A DNA stretch of 49,030 nt from Candidatus Xenobia bacterium (GCA_045863235.1 BTUM01000059.1:1-49030), one strand, 5' to 3'; counted from the first letter of the stretch, positions 27,606-36,551 are shown. Made by a program: numbers and translations. The notes: generated by a model not told the origin, from the sequence alone.

Positions 27606-28858
27606 GTCGACGGCAACGTCGGCCGAACCGGTGGGCGAAACAACCGGCGCTCCGGCGTAGCGATACAGCCGGCGGGCTGCCAGAGACCGATACCTGGCAG
27701 GGGTAACGTTCTAACCACAGTGACGTCGCAGTATCTCGGCTGCGGTCAAAACCGAGGTGGGCCCGAGGCCCTTCCGGAATCGCGAGAGGAAGTAACGACG
27801 ACGGTCGTTCTCCGGAGCAGGGGAGAATCGGGTGAAGCTCGATGAGGATGGAGTCGAGACCTGTTGGGCGCGAGCCCGACCGCCCCGGCGAGCGAGAGAG
27901 CCGGCGCATCGGGGAGGCGTTAGACCCGGCGGGCTGTCAGAGACCGTAATCTGGCAGGGGTAGCGTGCAGACCACAGAACGCCGCAATGCCTCGGTTGCG
28001 AGAACCCCGAGGTGGGCCTGGGACGAAGAACGGGACCGCGAGGTATCAAGCACGATCTGATCGTGCCCCGTCGTAGTCGAACCAGGGTGGTTCGGTGTGG
28101 TTGGAGCCGAACGACGCTGAGCAGCCTGGCTGCCTCAGCCGCACCGGGAAGCGAAAGAACCGGCGCTCCGAGTGGCGTCAAACTCGGCGGGCTGTCAGAG
28201 ACCGTGACCTGGCAGGGGTAGCGTGCAGACCTCAGATACGTCGCAGTGTCTCGGCTGCGAGAACACCGAGGTGGGCCTGGGAACGAACGCGGGACCGCGA
28301 GGGTAAGCAGTGGGTGAAACCACCCCCGCCGTAGTTGCACCAGGAATGACCGGTGAGGATGGAGCCGGTCGCCAACCTGACGGTTGGCCGCCCTGTCGAG
28401 CGTGATCGACAGCGCACCGGGAAGCGAGAGAACCGGCGGTCTGTCGGAGACCGATACCCGACAGGGGTAACGTGCAGACCAGAGCACGTCGCAGAGCGAC
28501 GGCTGCGTTAAGAAGCCGACGCACCCGCCCGGAGGCGCCCGTGAGACGTCCTCAAGAATGGGTCGGGTACGTGCTGCAGCAGAGATGCTCAGCCGCTCCG
28601 GCAAGCGTGAGAGCCGGAACACCGAGAGGTTCTACTCTCGGCGGGCTGCCAGAGACCGAAACCTGGCAGGGGTAGCGTGCCGACCACAGTTACGCCGCGG
28701 TGTCTCGACCGTGACAACCTCGAGGCGGGCCTGGGACCGGTTGCGGAACCGCGAGGGTGAGCGTGATGGGAAGTCACCTCCGCGACTTGAGTCGAACCAG
28801 GAGAGTCCGGTGTGGCGGAGCCGGACCGCAGAGCCACCCTTGAGGTGGCTTTTGTGTT
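27606..28858 (+). ncRNA. tandem array of five structured RNA units (unassigned family)
   Basis: Five copies of the core CTGYCRG-AGACCGWNAY-CYGRCAG-GGGTARCGT at 27677, 27934, 28192, 28441 and 28646. Compensatory stem changes between copies, promoter and terminator flanks, no credible ORF. Confidence 0.85.
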
Positions 28859-28860
28859 TT
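28832..28860 (+). terminator. intrinsic terminator closing the RNA array
   Basis: AGCCACC-CTTGA-GGTGGCT followed by TTTGTGTTTT. Confidence 0.85.
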
Positions 28861-28862
28861 AT

Positions 28863-29939
28863 TCAGTCGTCTCGGGAAAAGAGCTCGAGTTGCACGGGAG
28901 CGTTGGGGTCCGAAAGCCCTGAGACACCGACCCCGACCAGCCGGACGGCACGATCAGGGAACTCCGTCCGACTCTCGAGCAATCGGCTGGCCAGGGCGAA
29001 AATCTCGTCCGCCTCACTGACCGGGCGACCCGGGGTATGGCTCCGGGTCACCGTGGCGAAGTCGTGGTAGCGAAGCTTCAATACCACCGTGCGGGCCTGC
29101 GCGCCCAGGCTAGCAAGCCGTTCGGCCACCTCGGCCGACTGAGCGGCCAATTGCTGGAGAACCGGCTCGGGTGAATTCTGGTCAACCGCAAAGGTCGTCT
29201 CGGCGGAGATCGACTTGGCGTCCCGATCAGGTTCCACGGGCCGCTCGTCGCGGCCGTGAGCCAACATCCAGAACTCGTAGCCAGCGCGACCGAACCGCGC
29301 CTGGAGCCACTCAGGCTGGCAGGCGGCGACCTGGCCGATACGAGTCAGGCCCAGTTCGCGAAATCGTGCCGCCGTAACCGGGCCGACCCCCCAGAGGCGC
29401 TCGACCGGGAGCGGCTCGAGAAAGCCCTCCACCTGCTCGGGCGCCACGATCACCAGCCCGTTCGGTTTGCGCAGGTCGGAGGCCACTTTGGCCACGAACT
29501 TACAGGGAGCTCCGCCGGCCGACGAGGTCAAATCCACCGCTCGAGCCAGGTCAGCCTTGATGGCCTGGGCCACCACCGCCAGGCGTTCACCCTTTCGCTG
29601 GCAATACTCGGTCAGGTCAAGGTAGCACTCATCCAGGGCCAGCGGCTCGACCAGGGGAGTGTAGCTCAAGAAGATGGAGCGAATCTGGCGAGAGACCTGC
29701 GCGTAATGCTCGTGTCGAGGGGGCACCCGGATCGCTTCTGGGCAGAGTCGCAAGGCGGTGCGGGTGGGCATGGCCGAACGCACTCCGAATTGTCGAGCTT
29801 CGTACGAGGCAGCTGCCACCACCCCTCGACCCTGCTCGCTCCCGGCCACGATGACCGGCTTTCCTCTGAGCTCGGGAGCATCCCGCTGCTCGACGGACGC
29901 ATAGAAGGCATCCATGTCCACGTGCAGGATTCTTCTCAG
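28863..29939 (-). CDS. dinB: DNA polymerase IV (probable CTG start)
   Basis: RRILHVDMDAFYASVEQ, ASYEARQFGVRSAMP, LALDECYLD, AKVASDLRKPNG and LWGVG motifs. Confidence 0.95.
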   Translation of the reverse strand: MRRILHVDMDAFYASVEQRDAPELRGKPVIVAGSEQGRGVVAAASYEARQFGVRSAMPTRTALRLCPEAIRVPPRHEHYAQVSRQIRSIFLSYTPLVEPLALDECYLDLTEYCQRKGERLAVVAQAIKADLARAVDLTSSAGGAPCKFVAKVASDLRKPNGLVIVAPEQVEGFLEPLPVERLWGVGPVTAARFRELGLTRIGQVAACQPEWLQARFGRAGYEFWMLAHGRDERPVEPDRDAKSISAETTFAVDQNSPEPVLQQLAAQSAEVAERLASLGAQARTVVLKLRYHDFATVTRSHTPGRPVSEADEIFALASRLLESRTEFPDRAVRLVGVGVSGLSDPNAPVQLELFSRDD

Positions 29940-30829
29940 CCGGCCTTCGCCTCCATCGGCGTCAGCGGGCGGACCATGCCTCGGATGGCATACTTCAACT
30001 CAAAGCCCATCTCCAGGTAGACCTTGATGTAGCCAGGCTCGGTCGTATTCCAGATCTGGCGGACCAGGGTGACCCCCGGAGTGCTCCAGGCGGTCTTGAG
30101 AGCGGCCGCCAACAGGGCTTTGCCGACTCCTCGGCGACGGTGCTCGGGCAAAACCCCATAGGCCTCCAGGGTGGCCACCTCGTCCAGAAACTCAAGCTCG
30201 AGATGACCCACCAGCTGCTCACCGGCCCGAGCCACAAAGATTCGGTAGTTGGGCGAGCGAGCCAGCAAGGCGACATAATTGACGCTGCGCCGGGAAAACA
30301 GGCTGGCGTGCAGGTCCTCGTAAGCCGACAGATCGAGCTCGGGTCCGGCCAGCTCGATCGTAATCCCCTCGGGCGGGGCCACCTCGGGGTGTGAAGGCCG
30401 TTGGCAGACGACGATCACGTCGGTCTTCTCCAACTCGAAGCCCAGGCTGGCCACAAACTTCTCCCCGGCTTCGTTCTCATCCCCAAGAACGACCGCAACC
30501 CGGCGGATCCCTCGGGCGCTCATGACGGCGGAAAGCTCTTCGAACAAGCGCTTTCCCCAGCCCTGACGGCGATAGGCTGCTTCCACCACGGGGCCGTCGA
30601 GCAGGGCCCGGCCTGCGGGCATGGGATCGTAACCACAAAAGCCCAGAACGCGCCCTTCCGGCCCCTCCAGGATCAGAAAATTCTCGTGCGGATTGTTGGA
30701 CCGATTTGCCAGCTCGCTCCGCAGGCGCTCAGGCGTCATCCAGGCCGTACGGGTGGGATTGACATGGACCTGGTTGAGCAGAGCGCTCACCGGCTCGAAA
30801 TCGGCCTCACGAAAGAATCTGATAAACAT
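29936..30829 (-). CDS. tandem GNAT acetyltransferase
   Basis: Two motif-A copies: VEAAYRRQGWG and VLPEHRRRGVG. Confidence 0.88.
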   Translation of the reverse strand: MFIRFFREADFEPVSALLNQVHVNPTRTAWMTPERLRSELANRSNNPHENFLILEGPEGRVLGFCGYDPMPAGRALLDGPVVEAAYRRQGWGKRLFEELSAVMSARGIRRVAVVLGDENEAGEKFVASLGFELEKTDVIVVCQRPSHPEVAPPEGITIELAGPELDLSAYEDLHASLFSRRSVNYVALLARSPNYRIFVARAGEQLVGHLELEFLDEVATLEAYGVLPEHRRRGVGKALLAAALKTAWSTPGVTLVRQIWNTTEPGYIKVYLEMGFELKYAIRGMVRPLTPMEAKAG

Positions 30830-30912
30830 TGCTCACGTCCGGCCCAGGGTTTCTGGCCTGAAGCCTGTTTCAAGTAGGTTCCCAGCAAGCCGCAAAGCAC
30901 CTTCCTGGCGCA

Positions 30913-30942
30913 CAAACAAAAACTCCCCGGCGAACCGGGGAG
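30913..30942 (-). terminator. intrinsic terminator
   Basis: On the minus strand, CTCCCCGG-TTCG-CCGGGGAG followed by TTTTTGTTTG. Confidence 0.85.
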
Positions 30943-30970
30943 CCTTACCGTCAGTCAGAAGGGAACCGTC

Positions 30971-31399
30971 TTACTTGGTCTGGCCAGCCAGCCAACGATA
31001 GAACGGAACCACAGTGACCCAACGCACACGATGACGAGCATCGGAGCGAATCTTGAGGTGCGAACCTTCGCGGACACCCTCATAGCTGGGGGTGTAGTAC
31101 GTCTGTCCGGGGTAGGTGTAGAACATCATTTTGTCGCCACTGCCGTCCGCCTTTATCTGGATAAAGTACGGGTCGACGTAGGTCACCTGACCCTCGAAGT
31201 CCTTCTGCCAGACGACTCCCCGATCAGGGGTGCCGAACTCGCTGTAATAAGGACCGATGTACTGATAATACCACGATCCGGGCGCCATCTCTTGGTTGGG
31301 CGGAATATCGTTGGTGTGTTCAGCGTTTGCCACCCCCGCTCCGCTCACCATCATAGTCGCCGCCAGAACCGCAGTGCAAACCAGGTTGCGAATCTTCAC
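30971..31399 (-). CDS. secreted protein, possibly OB-fold
   Basis: SD AGGAGGTG before GTG at 31399, signal peptide ending in ANA, Tyr-rich mature region. Confidence 0.8.
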   Translation of the reverse strand: MKIRNLVCTAVLAATMMVSGAGVANAEHTNDIPPNQEMAPGSWYYQYIGPYYSEFGTPDRGVVWQKDFEGQVTYVDPYFIQIKADGSGDKMMFYTYPGQTYYTPSYEGVREGSHLKIRSDARHRVRWVTVVPFYRWLAGQTK

Positions 31400-31718
31400 T
31401 CGATTCACCTCCTTCCTTGAATCAAATGCGCTACCTGAGAACTTACAGGTAGTCACTTGGCCTCGGTATTCGCGTACTCACTCCCAGTTCCTCCCAACTC
31501 GGCTTGATTTCCCTTCACCTCTGAAAAACCCGCCGTTGCGTGGATTGTGCAGGGTTCGAAGAAGGTGACCGGGGCGTGGCCGGTGGTTTTTTTCCGGGGA
31601 GCGACCTTGAATGGATCTCGATTTCCGAGCCTGGCAGATCCGTCGCTGCCAGTGGGAACGGGGGTCCTCTGCCTGCAACGGGCAGGACGCCCATCCCCAC
31701 AGTCGAAAAACCAACCCC

Positions 31719-32918
31719 ATGCATCTCGTTAGCCTTCGCCCCCTGGAACCAGTGCCCATCGACCACGAAGGCGAGCGCCTCATCGCCTTTCGCGATAGTG
31801 CGGGACTCGTGAGCGGCGTGGTCATGGTGCGCCCGGCCGCTTACGTCCTGGTCAGCCTGCTCGATGGCACGCGCACCAAGCAAGAAGCCCTGGCCGAGTT
31901 CGCCGCCCGCACGGGAGCAATGGTTGAGCTGGAAACGCTGGATGCGCTGATCGAGCAACTCGAGCAGGCTTTGATCATGGACGGCCCCCGGGCCCGGCAA
32001 GCCCTGGCAGCGATGCCCGAGCGCCCGGCCGCCCACGCCGGCAGCGCCTATCCAGCCGAGCCGGACGAATTGACCGGGTTCCTCGAGGCACTGCTCGCTC
32101 GCGAGCGCCCGCCGAAGCCGCCCGCCCCTCTAAGCGGGCTGCTAACGCCTCATATCGACCTGCGTCGGGGCGCCGAGAGTTACGCCATGGCCTATAACAG
32201 CTTGATCGACGGACTGGGCGAGAACGATACCTTCGTGGTGCTGGGCATCTCCCACGCCCCCTGTCGGCAGCCCTTCATCTTGACCAGAAAGCCCTTCGAA
32301 ACCCCCTTTGGCTGCCTCGAGCCAGACCTGGACCTGATCGAGGAACTGGTGCAGGGATGCGACTTTGACCCCTTCCAGGATGAATACAACCATCTGGGCG
32401 AGCACTCGGTCGAGTTCCAAAACGTCTTTCTGGCCTATCTCGAACAGCTCTCCGGGCGACGACTGAAGACCGTGCCCATTTTGTGCGGCTCTTTCCACGA
32501 AGCCATCCTGGAGCGCAAAAGCCCGCTTGAGATTCCGGGCGTGGCCAGTTTCCTTGCCTCCCTGAAATCTGCCGTCAGAAAGAGGCCGGGACGGGTCTGC
32601 CTCATTGCCGGCGCCGACCTGGCCCATAAGGGCGTGCGTTTTGGTGAGCCTCCCCTCGATCGAGACTTCTTGAGCCAGTTGGAGCTGGCCGACCTGGAGT
32701 CCCTACGCCATTGCGAGCAGGGCGACTACGACGCGTTCTTCGCCACCCACCAGGCTGATCGGGGTGAGCGCAATTATTGCGGCACCTCGGCCATCTACAC
32801 CATGCTTCACTGCCTCGAAGGCCAACCGGGCGTTCTGCACCGCTACCAGCAGTGCAATGAGCCCGGGGAGATCTCCACCGTCACCGTGGCGGCGGCAAGC
32901 TACTATCGCTTCCCCTGA
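31719..32918 (+). CDS. MEMO1-family (AmmeMemoRadiSam protein B) with N-terminal extension
   Basis: RPAAHAGSAYP, PHID, EHSVEFQ, ADLAHKG and NYCG motifs. Confidence 0.88.
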   Translation: MHLVSLRPLEPVPIDHEGERLIAFRDSAGLVSGVVMVRPAAYVLVSLLDGTRTKQEALAEFAARTGAMVELETLDALIEQLEQALIMDGPRARQALAAMPERPAAHAGSAYPAEPDELTGFLEALLARERPPKPPAPLSGLLTPHIDLRRGAESYAMAYNSLIDGLGENDTFVVLGISHAPCRQPFILTRKPFETPFGCLEPDLDLIEELVQGCDFDPFQDEYNHLGEHSVEFQNVFLAYLEQLSGRRLKTVPILCGSFHEAILERKSPLEIPGVASFLASLKSAVRKRPGRVCLIAGADLAHKGVRFGEPPLDRDFLSQLELADLESLRHCEQGDYDAFFATHQADRGERNYCGTSAIYTMLHCLEGQPGVLHRYQQCNEPGEISTVTVAAASYYRFP

Positions 32919-33096
32919 GCAAAGTCGAACAAATTTTTCTACTTTCGACCCGCTGCAGACAGGATTTTTTCGCGTCACACCGTAATTTCCAGCCCGACCA
33001 GGGGCGGGCCCCCCACCCGATCACGGTTGTGCGCGTCTTTCCCCTCACGTTTGCAACAAGTCCGGCCGAGCATTCCGGACGAGTGGAGGTTGAACC

Positions 33097-34032
33097 ATGC
33101 TGAAAATCGGAATCTTGCGCGGACGGGAGAACTCGTTCCCCGAGGCGCTGATCGCCACCATCAACTCGATGAACGAAGGGGTCGAGGCCGAGTGGATCGG
33201 TCTGGGCGGCACCGCCATGGGCGAGCCTTGCCCGTATCGCGTCATCCTCGATCGCATTTCCCACGAGGTCCCCTACTACCAGGTGTATCTCAAGCAAGCC
33301 TCACTCCAGGGCACCTACGTCATCAACAATCCGTTCTGGGTGCACGTGGATGACAAGTTCCTGGGCTACAGCCTGGCAGAGAAGATGGGCATCCCGGTGC
33401 CCCGCACCTCGGTGCTGCCCAACAAGGAGTATATCGACGACATCAATGCCCAGTCGCTGCGCAACCTGTGGCCCATCGATTGGGAGTTCCGGCTCCAACA
33501 GGTCGGCCTGCCCTGCATCATGAAGCCGGCCTTCGGCGGCGGCTGGAAGAACGTGCACAAGATCACCTCCATCGAGGAGGCCATCAAGCACTACGAGGAG
33601 TCCGGCCAGCTCACCATGATGCTGCAGGAGTTCATCGAGTGGGATGACTACATCCGCTGCCTGTGCATTGGCGCCAAGCACGCCCGCTCCATCCGCTATA
33701 TCCCTCGTCCCCACGGGATGGGCGAGTATGTGCAGGACCTGTCGGTTCTCAATCCCAAGCATGCCAAGCTGGCCGAAGAGTACTCCATCCGCTTCAACAA
33801 GGTCATCGGCTACGACATGAACGCCATGGAGTTCGCCATCAAGGGCGACAAGCTCTACGCCATCGACATCACCAACTATGTGTGCGACATGGACTACAAG
33901 TCGCTTCGTGACGCCCACTTCGGCTGGGCCGTGCACACCATGTCCAAGTTCCTCATCGACAAGGCCAAGTCCAAGCAGCACAACAAGCCCTGCGCCAACT
34001 GGGAGTCGCTGATGGCCAAAGCCTCGCGCTGA
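33097..34032 (+). CDS. RimK/GshB-like ATP-grasp protein
   Basis: INNPF..DDKF, PCIMKPAFGGGWKNV, MLQEFI and EFAIK motifs. SD GGAGG. Confidence 0.88.
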   Translation: MLKIGILRGRENSFPEALIATINSMNEGVEAEWIGLGGTAMGEPCPYRVILDRISHEVPYYQVYLKQASLQGTYVINNPFWVHVDDKFLGYSLAEKMGIPVPRTSVLPNKEYIDDINAQSLRNLWPIDWEFRLQQVGLPCIMKPAFGGGWKNVHKITSIEEAIKHYEESGQLTMMLQEFIEWDDYIRCLCIGAKHARSIRYIPRPHGMGEYVQDLSVLNPKHAKLAEEYSIRFNKVIGYDMNAMEFAIKGDKLYAIDITNYVCDMDYKSLRDAHFGWAVHTMSKFLIDKAKSKQHNKPCANWESLMAKASR

Positions 34033-34142
34033 GCCCTGGAGGCGCGGCCAGAAAGGCCGTGCCAGGGCCGCCTGAGCAATATCTTGTGGACGTGGAGGTC
34101 CCCTCCGCGTCCACGAGGGGGCTCCCGGCTTAATCGATCAGG

Positions 34143-34171
34143 AAGGCCCCGTCGAAGCGGGGCCTTTTTCT
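34143..34171 (+). terminator. intrinsic terminator (possibly bidirectional)
   Basis: AAGGCCCCG-TCGAAG-CGGGGCCTT followed by TTTC. Confidence 0.8.
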
Positions 34172-34428
34172 TATCCGACGGCCGAGGCCCAGTCGAGCCA
34201 ATCCTCGGCACTGGCATTCTCGTCGAGGTAGAAGTGGGCTTTGAGGTGGAAGTCCGGCTCGGCCCCTCGCTGCTTGAACTGGGGGGGCTGGAGGTAACCG
34301 GCGTTGCCGCTCTGAACGGGAGGTTGGGGATAGCCGCAGAACTGTCCGACATTGTCCTTGAGTCGGCTCACGAAGGGCCCCAGACTGTATTCGCCCGAGG
34401 CGGCGTTGCTGTTTTCGTGCTCGTTCAT
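34171..34428 (-). CDS. small hypothetical protein
   Basis: 85-aa ORF with SD AGAGGA upstream, ending at the terminator. Confidence 0.5.
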   Translation of the reverse strand: MNEHENSNAASGEYSLGPFVSRLKDNVGQFCGYPQPPVQSGNAGYLQPPQFKQRGAEPDFHLKAHFYLDENASAEDWLDWASAVG

Positions 34429-34496
34429 CGGCCTGGTCCTCTCTGACCCTGGAGGGCTGCCATCAGATTGCCAGAAACGGCTTAAGGGAAGCTGAA

Positions 34497-35036
34497 ATGG
34501 CCACCAACGAGTATTCCTTTCAAACCCGCTGGGTGGTGCCGGGGACCCCCGAGGAGATCTCCAGCCTTCTCCAGGAACCGCTGGGGCTTCCCCGCTGGTG
34601 GCCCTCGGTCTACCTCTCGGCTCGCCAGGAGGGCGGGGTCACCCACCTCGTGACCCGCGGCTTCTTGCCCTACCGCCTGCGCTGGTCGTTTCGGGTGGAA
34701 CGATCCGATCCGCCCCGAGGCTTCTCATTGGTGGCCTGGGGCGACCTCGAGGGGCGGGGTGAATGGAGCTTCACCCCCCTGTCGGCCAGCCACACCGAAG
34801 TGCTCTACGACTGGCACGTGGTGGCCAACAAGCCGATCCTGCGGAACCTCTCCTTCCTGCTCAAGCCTTTCTTTCGACTCAACCACGACTGGGCCATGTC
34901 CCGAGGGTACCTGAGTCTGAAGTTGGAGCTGGCCCGCCGGCGAGGCCAGCGGGTCCCGGCTCCGCCCGGGCCGGCCAACGACGTGTGGTTCTGGTTCGTG
35001 GTCATCTTGCTGGTCTGGATGGCTCTGCATCGATGA
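34497..35036 (+). CDS. SRPBCC/polyketide cyclase-like protein
   Basis: YSFQTRW, LPRWWPSVY, GFLPYRL, GDLEGRGEW and NHDWAM motifs. Confidence 0.82.
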   Translation: MATNEYSFQTRWVVPGTPEEISSLLQEPLGLPRWWPSVYLSARQEGGVTHLVTRGFLPYRLRWSFRVERSDPPRGFSLVAWGDLEGRGEWSFTPLSASHTEVLYDWHVVANKPILRNLSFLLKPFFRLNHDWAMSRGYLSLKLELARRRGQRVPAPPGPANDVWFWFVVILLVWMALHR

Positions 35037-36172
35037 CCTGGCTGCTGAGCGGCCTCGGCCTGTCAACCTTCTTCTGGCTTTGTGGCGCCGCCGGTCTGCA
35101 CCTATGGCCGCTCCGGCCCATCACCAACCTGGCCGAACTGGCCCTCACTCCCTTCTCCATCCTTGCCCAGATGATGTTCCCGGCCCACGAGCACCATCAC
35201 AGCCAGGGCTACTACCTGGCCCGAAGCCTGTTGGGCGGCTTCGGCTCGGTCGCCGCACTGTGGCTGGTTCACGAGGTGGCCCGGCTGCTGAGAGCTTTGC
35301 GCGAGCGACCGGTCGATGGCAAGCGCCGCGGGGTGCTGGCTGGCTTGCTGCTGACTCCCGTCCTGGGCACCGCCCTGTATAGCGTTCTGCTCGAGCCCTC
35401 CTGGCTCAAGCTACGCCGTTATGAGCTGAAGATCGCCGGACTGCCGCCCGAGCTCGACGGCCTCAAGCTCGGGCATCTCTCCGACAGTCACTTTGGCCCC
35501 CTGGTGGGACTCATGCACATCCGCAGGGCCATCGCGATGCTCAACGCCGAGCAGCCCGATCTGGTGCTCCTGACAGGCGACTACGTGCACCAGACCCCGT
35601 CTGCGATTCCCGACGGCATCGCTGTCCTGACAGAGCTAAAGTCCCGCCTGGGAAGCCTGGCGGTGCTCGGCAATCACGATCACTGGGAGGGCACCGAGGC
35701 CTGTCGGGCCGAGTTCGTCCGCCACGGCCTGCCCCTGATCGATAACCAGCGCGTCTTTCTGAGCGCGCGGGGACTGAGCGAGCAGCCCGTCGGCCCCTGC
35801 CTGGCCATCTGCGGAGTGGGCGACCTGTGGGAGGATAGCGTGGACCCCGAGAAAGCCCTGCAGGATGTTCCTGCCGATTGCCCGCGCCTTCTTTTGAGCC
35901 ATAATCCCGACGTGGCCGAGCTGATTCCCAACCGTTTCCCCCGGTTGCGCTTCGATCTCCAGCTAAGTGGCCACACCCATGGGGGTCAGGTCAGTTTCCC
36001 AGGAGTTGGCACCCCCATCGTGCCCAGCGCCTATGGCCCGCGCTACGCGGGCGGACTGGTGCAGGGCCCCGCCTGGCCGGTCGTGGTCTCGCGCGGCGTG
36101 GGGCTGACGGTGCTACCGGTGCGGTTCCGGGTGCCCCCCGAGGTGGGGCTGATCACCCTGCGCCGGGGATAG
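35033..36172 (+). CDS. YkuE-like metallophosphoesterase
   Basis: SDSH, TGDY, LGNHD, LSHNPD and SGHTHGGQ motifs; N-terminal TM helices. Confidence 0.9.
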   Translation: MTWLLSGLGLSTFFWLCGAAGLHLWPLRPITNLAELALTPFSILAQMMFPAHEHHHSQGYYLARSLLGGFGSVAALWLVHEVARLLRALRERPVDGKRRGVLAGLLLTPVLGTALYSVLLEPSWLKLRRYELKIAGLPPELDGLKLGHLSDSHFGPLVGLMHIRRAIAMLNAEQPDLVLLTGDYVHQTPSAIPDGIAVLTELKSRLGSLAVLGNHDHWEGTEACRAEFVRHGLPLIDNQRVFLSARGLSEQPVGPCLAICGVGDLWEDSVDPEKALQDVPADCPRLLLSHNPDVAELIPNRFPRLRFDLQLSGHTHGGQVSFPGVGTPIVPSAYGPRYAGGLVQGPAWPVVVSRGVGLTVLPVRFRVPPEVGLITLRRG

Positions 36173-36551
36173 GCAGAACGTTCAGGGGAATGCGCACCAG
36201 CTCGGTCCGATCCACGGCGATATGGAACGAGTATCTTCCGAAGCGAGGAAACTCGACGTTGTAGAAGCCCATCACCAGACGAGCGTTGGTCTCGGTGCCT
36301 CCTACCGGACGAGCCAGCTCGAACTGCCCGTTCTGCTCGAGCAGCGACCGGCCATCCGCGTCGATCAGGCAGACCGTGAAGCTGCGGGCTCCGGCCTCCA
36401 CCACGCTGGCCCGCATCTGCACCACCACGAAGAACTGGGGATGCCGGGCCGGGACCTGGGGAGCGTAGATACTGTCCACCCCGATGCCGAGGGCGTTCAC
36501 CTTCCCGGTGGCGTCAGCGTAATCGCAAAGGAAAGCAAAGTCGAGCGTCAT
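36153..36551 (-). CDS. conserved hypothetical protein (DUF6941-like beta-sandwich)
   Basis: LDFAFLCDYA..GKVNALG...F...GRYSF pattern. Confidence 0.7.
   Translation of the reverse strand: MTLDFAFLCDYADATGKVNALGIGVDSIYAPQVPARHPQFFVVVQMRASVVEAGARSFTVCLIDADGRSLLEQNGQFELARPVGGTETNARLVMGFYNVEFPRFGRYSFHIAVDRTELVRIPLNVLPIPGAG

Noticed and set aside
27606..28858. CRISPR array, type III toxin-antitoxin array, or hisS T-box
   Set aside because: Units are ~250 nt and diverged, with no cas genes. No toxin gene follows the terminator on the same strand. The array is on the opposite strand to hisS, over 2 kb away, and has no T-box motif.
27446..29070. ORFs over the repeat region (e.g. 27711-28622 minus, 303 aa)
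   Set aside because: The repeated peptides (SARYPCQV, ETWQG) appear in shifting frames because unit lengths are not consistently multiples of three. Substitutions conserve base pairing rather than codons, and the promoter and terminator are on the plus strand.
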